A DNA stretch of 63,575 bases, the filler included, from Chiloscyllium plagiosum (lineage: Eukaryota), in the NCBI RefSeq assembly GCF_004010195.1. It is 5 parts of one record of this genome, joined end to end, with 100 filler letters (N's around TTAATTAATTAA, not from the genome) between each part and the next. Parts side by side here need not be neighbours in the genome. Positions count along the whole stretch, not along the records: positions 61,094 to 63,575 come from NC_057717.1; 4 more parts are not named here. One strand, given 5' to 3'. Positions 62,255 to 63,575 of this stretch are shown here, in pieces; the stretch's first letter is position 1, and every line of letters starts with the position of its first letter. A program made the translations under genes and the position numbers. The notes under the pieces are model-generated. The model searched no databases. It had not been told where the DNA came from and worked only from the letters and a program-made list of their open reading frames with translations.

Positions 62255-62384
62255 GGAGACACTAAAGACTGCCGATGCTGGAGATCAGACTAGAGATTCG
62301 ATTGTTGGAAAAGCACAGCAGGTCAGGCAGCAGCCTTGAAGCTGGAGAATCGACGTATTGGGCATAAGACATTCATCAGGAATC
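62255..62384 (-). mobile_element. Isolated PLE terminus with a degenerate hammerhead
   Basis: gactgccgatgctggagatcag..gagaatcgacgtattgggcataagacattcatcaggaat. Confidence 0.8.
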
Positions 62385-62599
62385 AGCATCAATTCCGTCA
62401 TTCTGCCCTCGTGTAAGTGCTTCGAGGTGGGAATGGCCTCCTACTGTTCCTGTATAAGTGACTCAAGGGACTGACTGGCTTCTTCCTCGTCCAATTGCAC
62501 AGGGCCAAGGGCCTGACTGGGTTACCCCTGGTTCCTGTTTGACAGCTCGATGTACTGACAAGTCTGACAATGCTGCAGCTTTAAGAGGTTATTTTGTCC

Positions 62600-63005
62600 G
62601 GTTTTCTTTTATGAGAGAGATTGAACGATTGTTACCAAGCTGGCGAGTTAAGACCACTTGAGTAACAGCTAGCGAGGCCTTAGGTTAATTTTAATGCAGC
62701 CTGAATGGGTGTGGCCAGTTCTCACAGGTTAGGATCACTGGGTTTTGGTTTCTCAGTAACATCAGAAACTATTGGGGTCTCCACAGAATTGGAAGCTTCA
62801 GTGGATATCTCCTGGTTGCTCCTCTCTTTGAATTTTCTCTTGGCGCTGTTTTTAATTCCTGGATTGGAGAAATATTTGTGACACTCTGTGTCTGATTTTT
62901 TTTTTTGCCAAGGGCTGTGTTTATGGGATTTCCCTGTATTGTGACAGTTCATTAGTAATAGTTCCTAGATCTATTATTCATTTTAACTGTCCAATAGAAT
63001 TGCGT
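62600..63005 (+). mobile_element. LTR fragment related to 46879-47400
   Basis: Shared ttcctggattggagaaat, ttttgccaRggg, acagttcat.agtaat and tgtccaataga blocks. Confidence 0.65.
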
Positions 63006-63007
63006 TA

Positions 63008-63575
63008 CAAATCACACAACACCAGGTTATAGTTCAACAGGTTTAATTGGAAGCACACTAGCTTTCGGAGCGACGCACCTTCATCATGTGATTGTGGAGG
63101 GCTCGATCGTAACACAGAATTTATAGCAAAAATTTGCAGTGTGATGTAACTGAAATTATACATTGAAGAATTGATTGTCTGTTAAGCCTTTCATCTGTTA
63201 GAGTACAGTGATAGTTTCACTTCTTCCATGTGTAAATCACAAAACACTTTTTTTAAAGTTGCATTCTCAGGTTAGCTGTTAACAATGGTGATCGCTAGAC
63301 AATATGTTGAAGGTGTTAGCCCCCTGTGTTCTCTGTCTATGACCTGATGTTTAGATTGATTCCAATCTAAAAAGTGAAATAACAGAGTTTTACATAAATT
63401 CATGCAGTTTTTGAGCTCAGAGTTCGACATGAATCTATGTGGGTTTTGAGCAAAGTACAATGTAACTCTGAAATTCACCACACACAATATATATGTGTGC
63501 ATGCGGGTCTTTGTCTGTCTGTCTGTGTGTCTGTCTCGGGTGGGGGTTGTGAGTGTGAGAAAGTGTGTGTGTGTG
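63008..63575 (-). mobile_element. Further PLE family 3' end with a mutated hammerhead
   Basis: Minus strand cac-ATGATGA-AGGTGCGTCGCTCC-GAAA-GCTA-gtg at 63056-63090 (first core C changed to A), then aattaaacctgttgaactataacctggtgttgtgtgattt. Confidence 0.7.

Overview
Repeat-rich vertebrate genomic DNA, most likely from a shark (inferred from HE1-type V-SINEs, CR1/HER1-like LINEs and shark-type satellites). At least five contigs are joined by artificial N-TTAATTAATTAA-N spacers. I recognise no intact protein-coding gene; the ORF track is mostly decayed transposons (CR1, Rex1-like LINE, Penelope-like elements (PLEs), a Gypsy element) and simple repeats. Four things stand out. (1) A dense cluster of decayed tRNA genes lies at about 14.5-33.7 kb (Glu, Ser, three iMet, His, two Ile-TAT, Arg-TCT, Pro, Leu, Val, Asn), some still with introns, near a decayed C2H2 zinc-finger fragment. 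(2) Type I hammerhead-ribozyme motifs occur in the termini of several PLE families, including tiny and palindromic insertions. (3) A 65-bp satellite has two subfamilies, a PLE insertion and an inverted junction copy. (4) A CpG-island promoter (five CCAAT boxes, YY1, GC boxes) precedes candidate minus-strand spliced exons with no recognisable product. All family assignments are by-eye comparisons with recalled consensus sequences, not database searches, and repeat boundaries are approximate.
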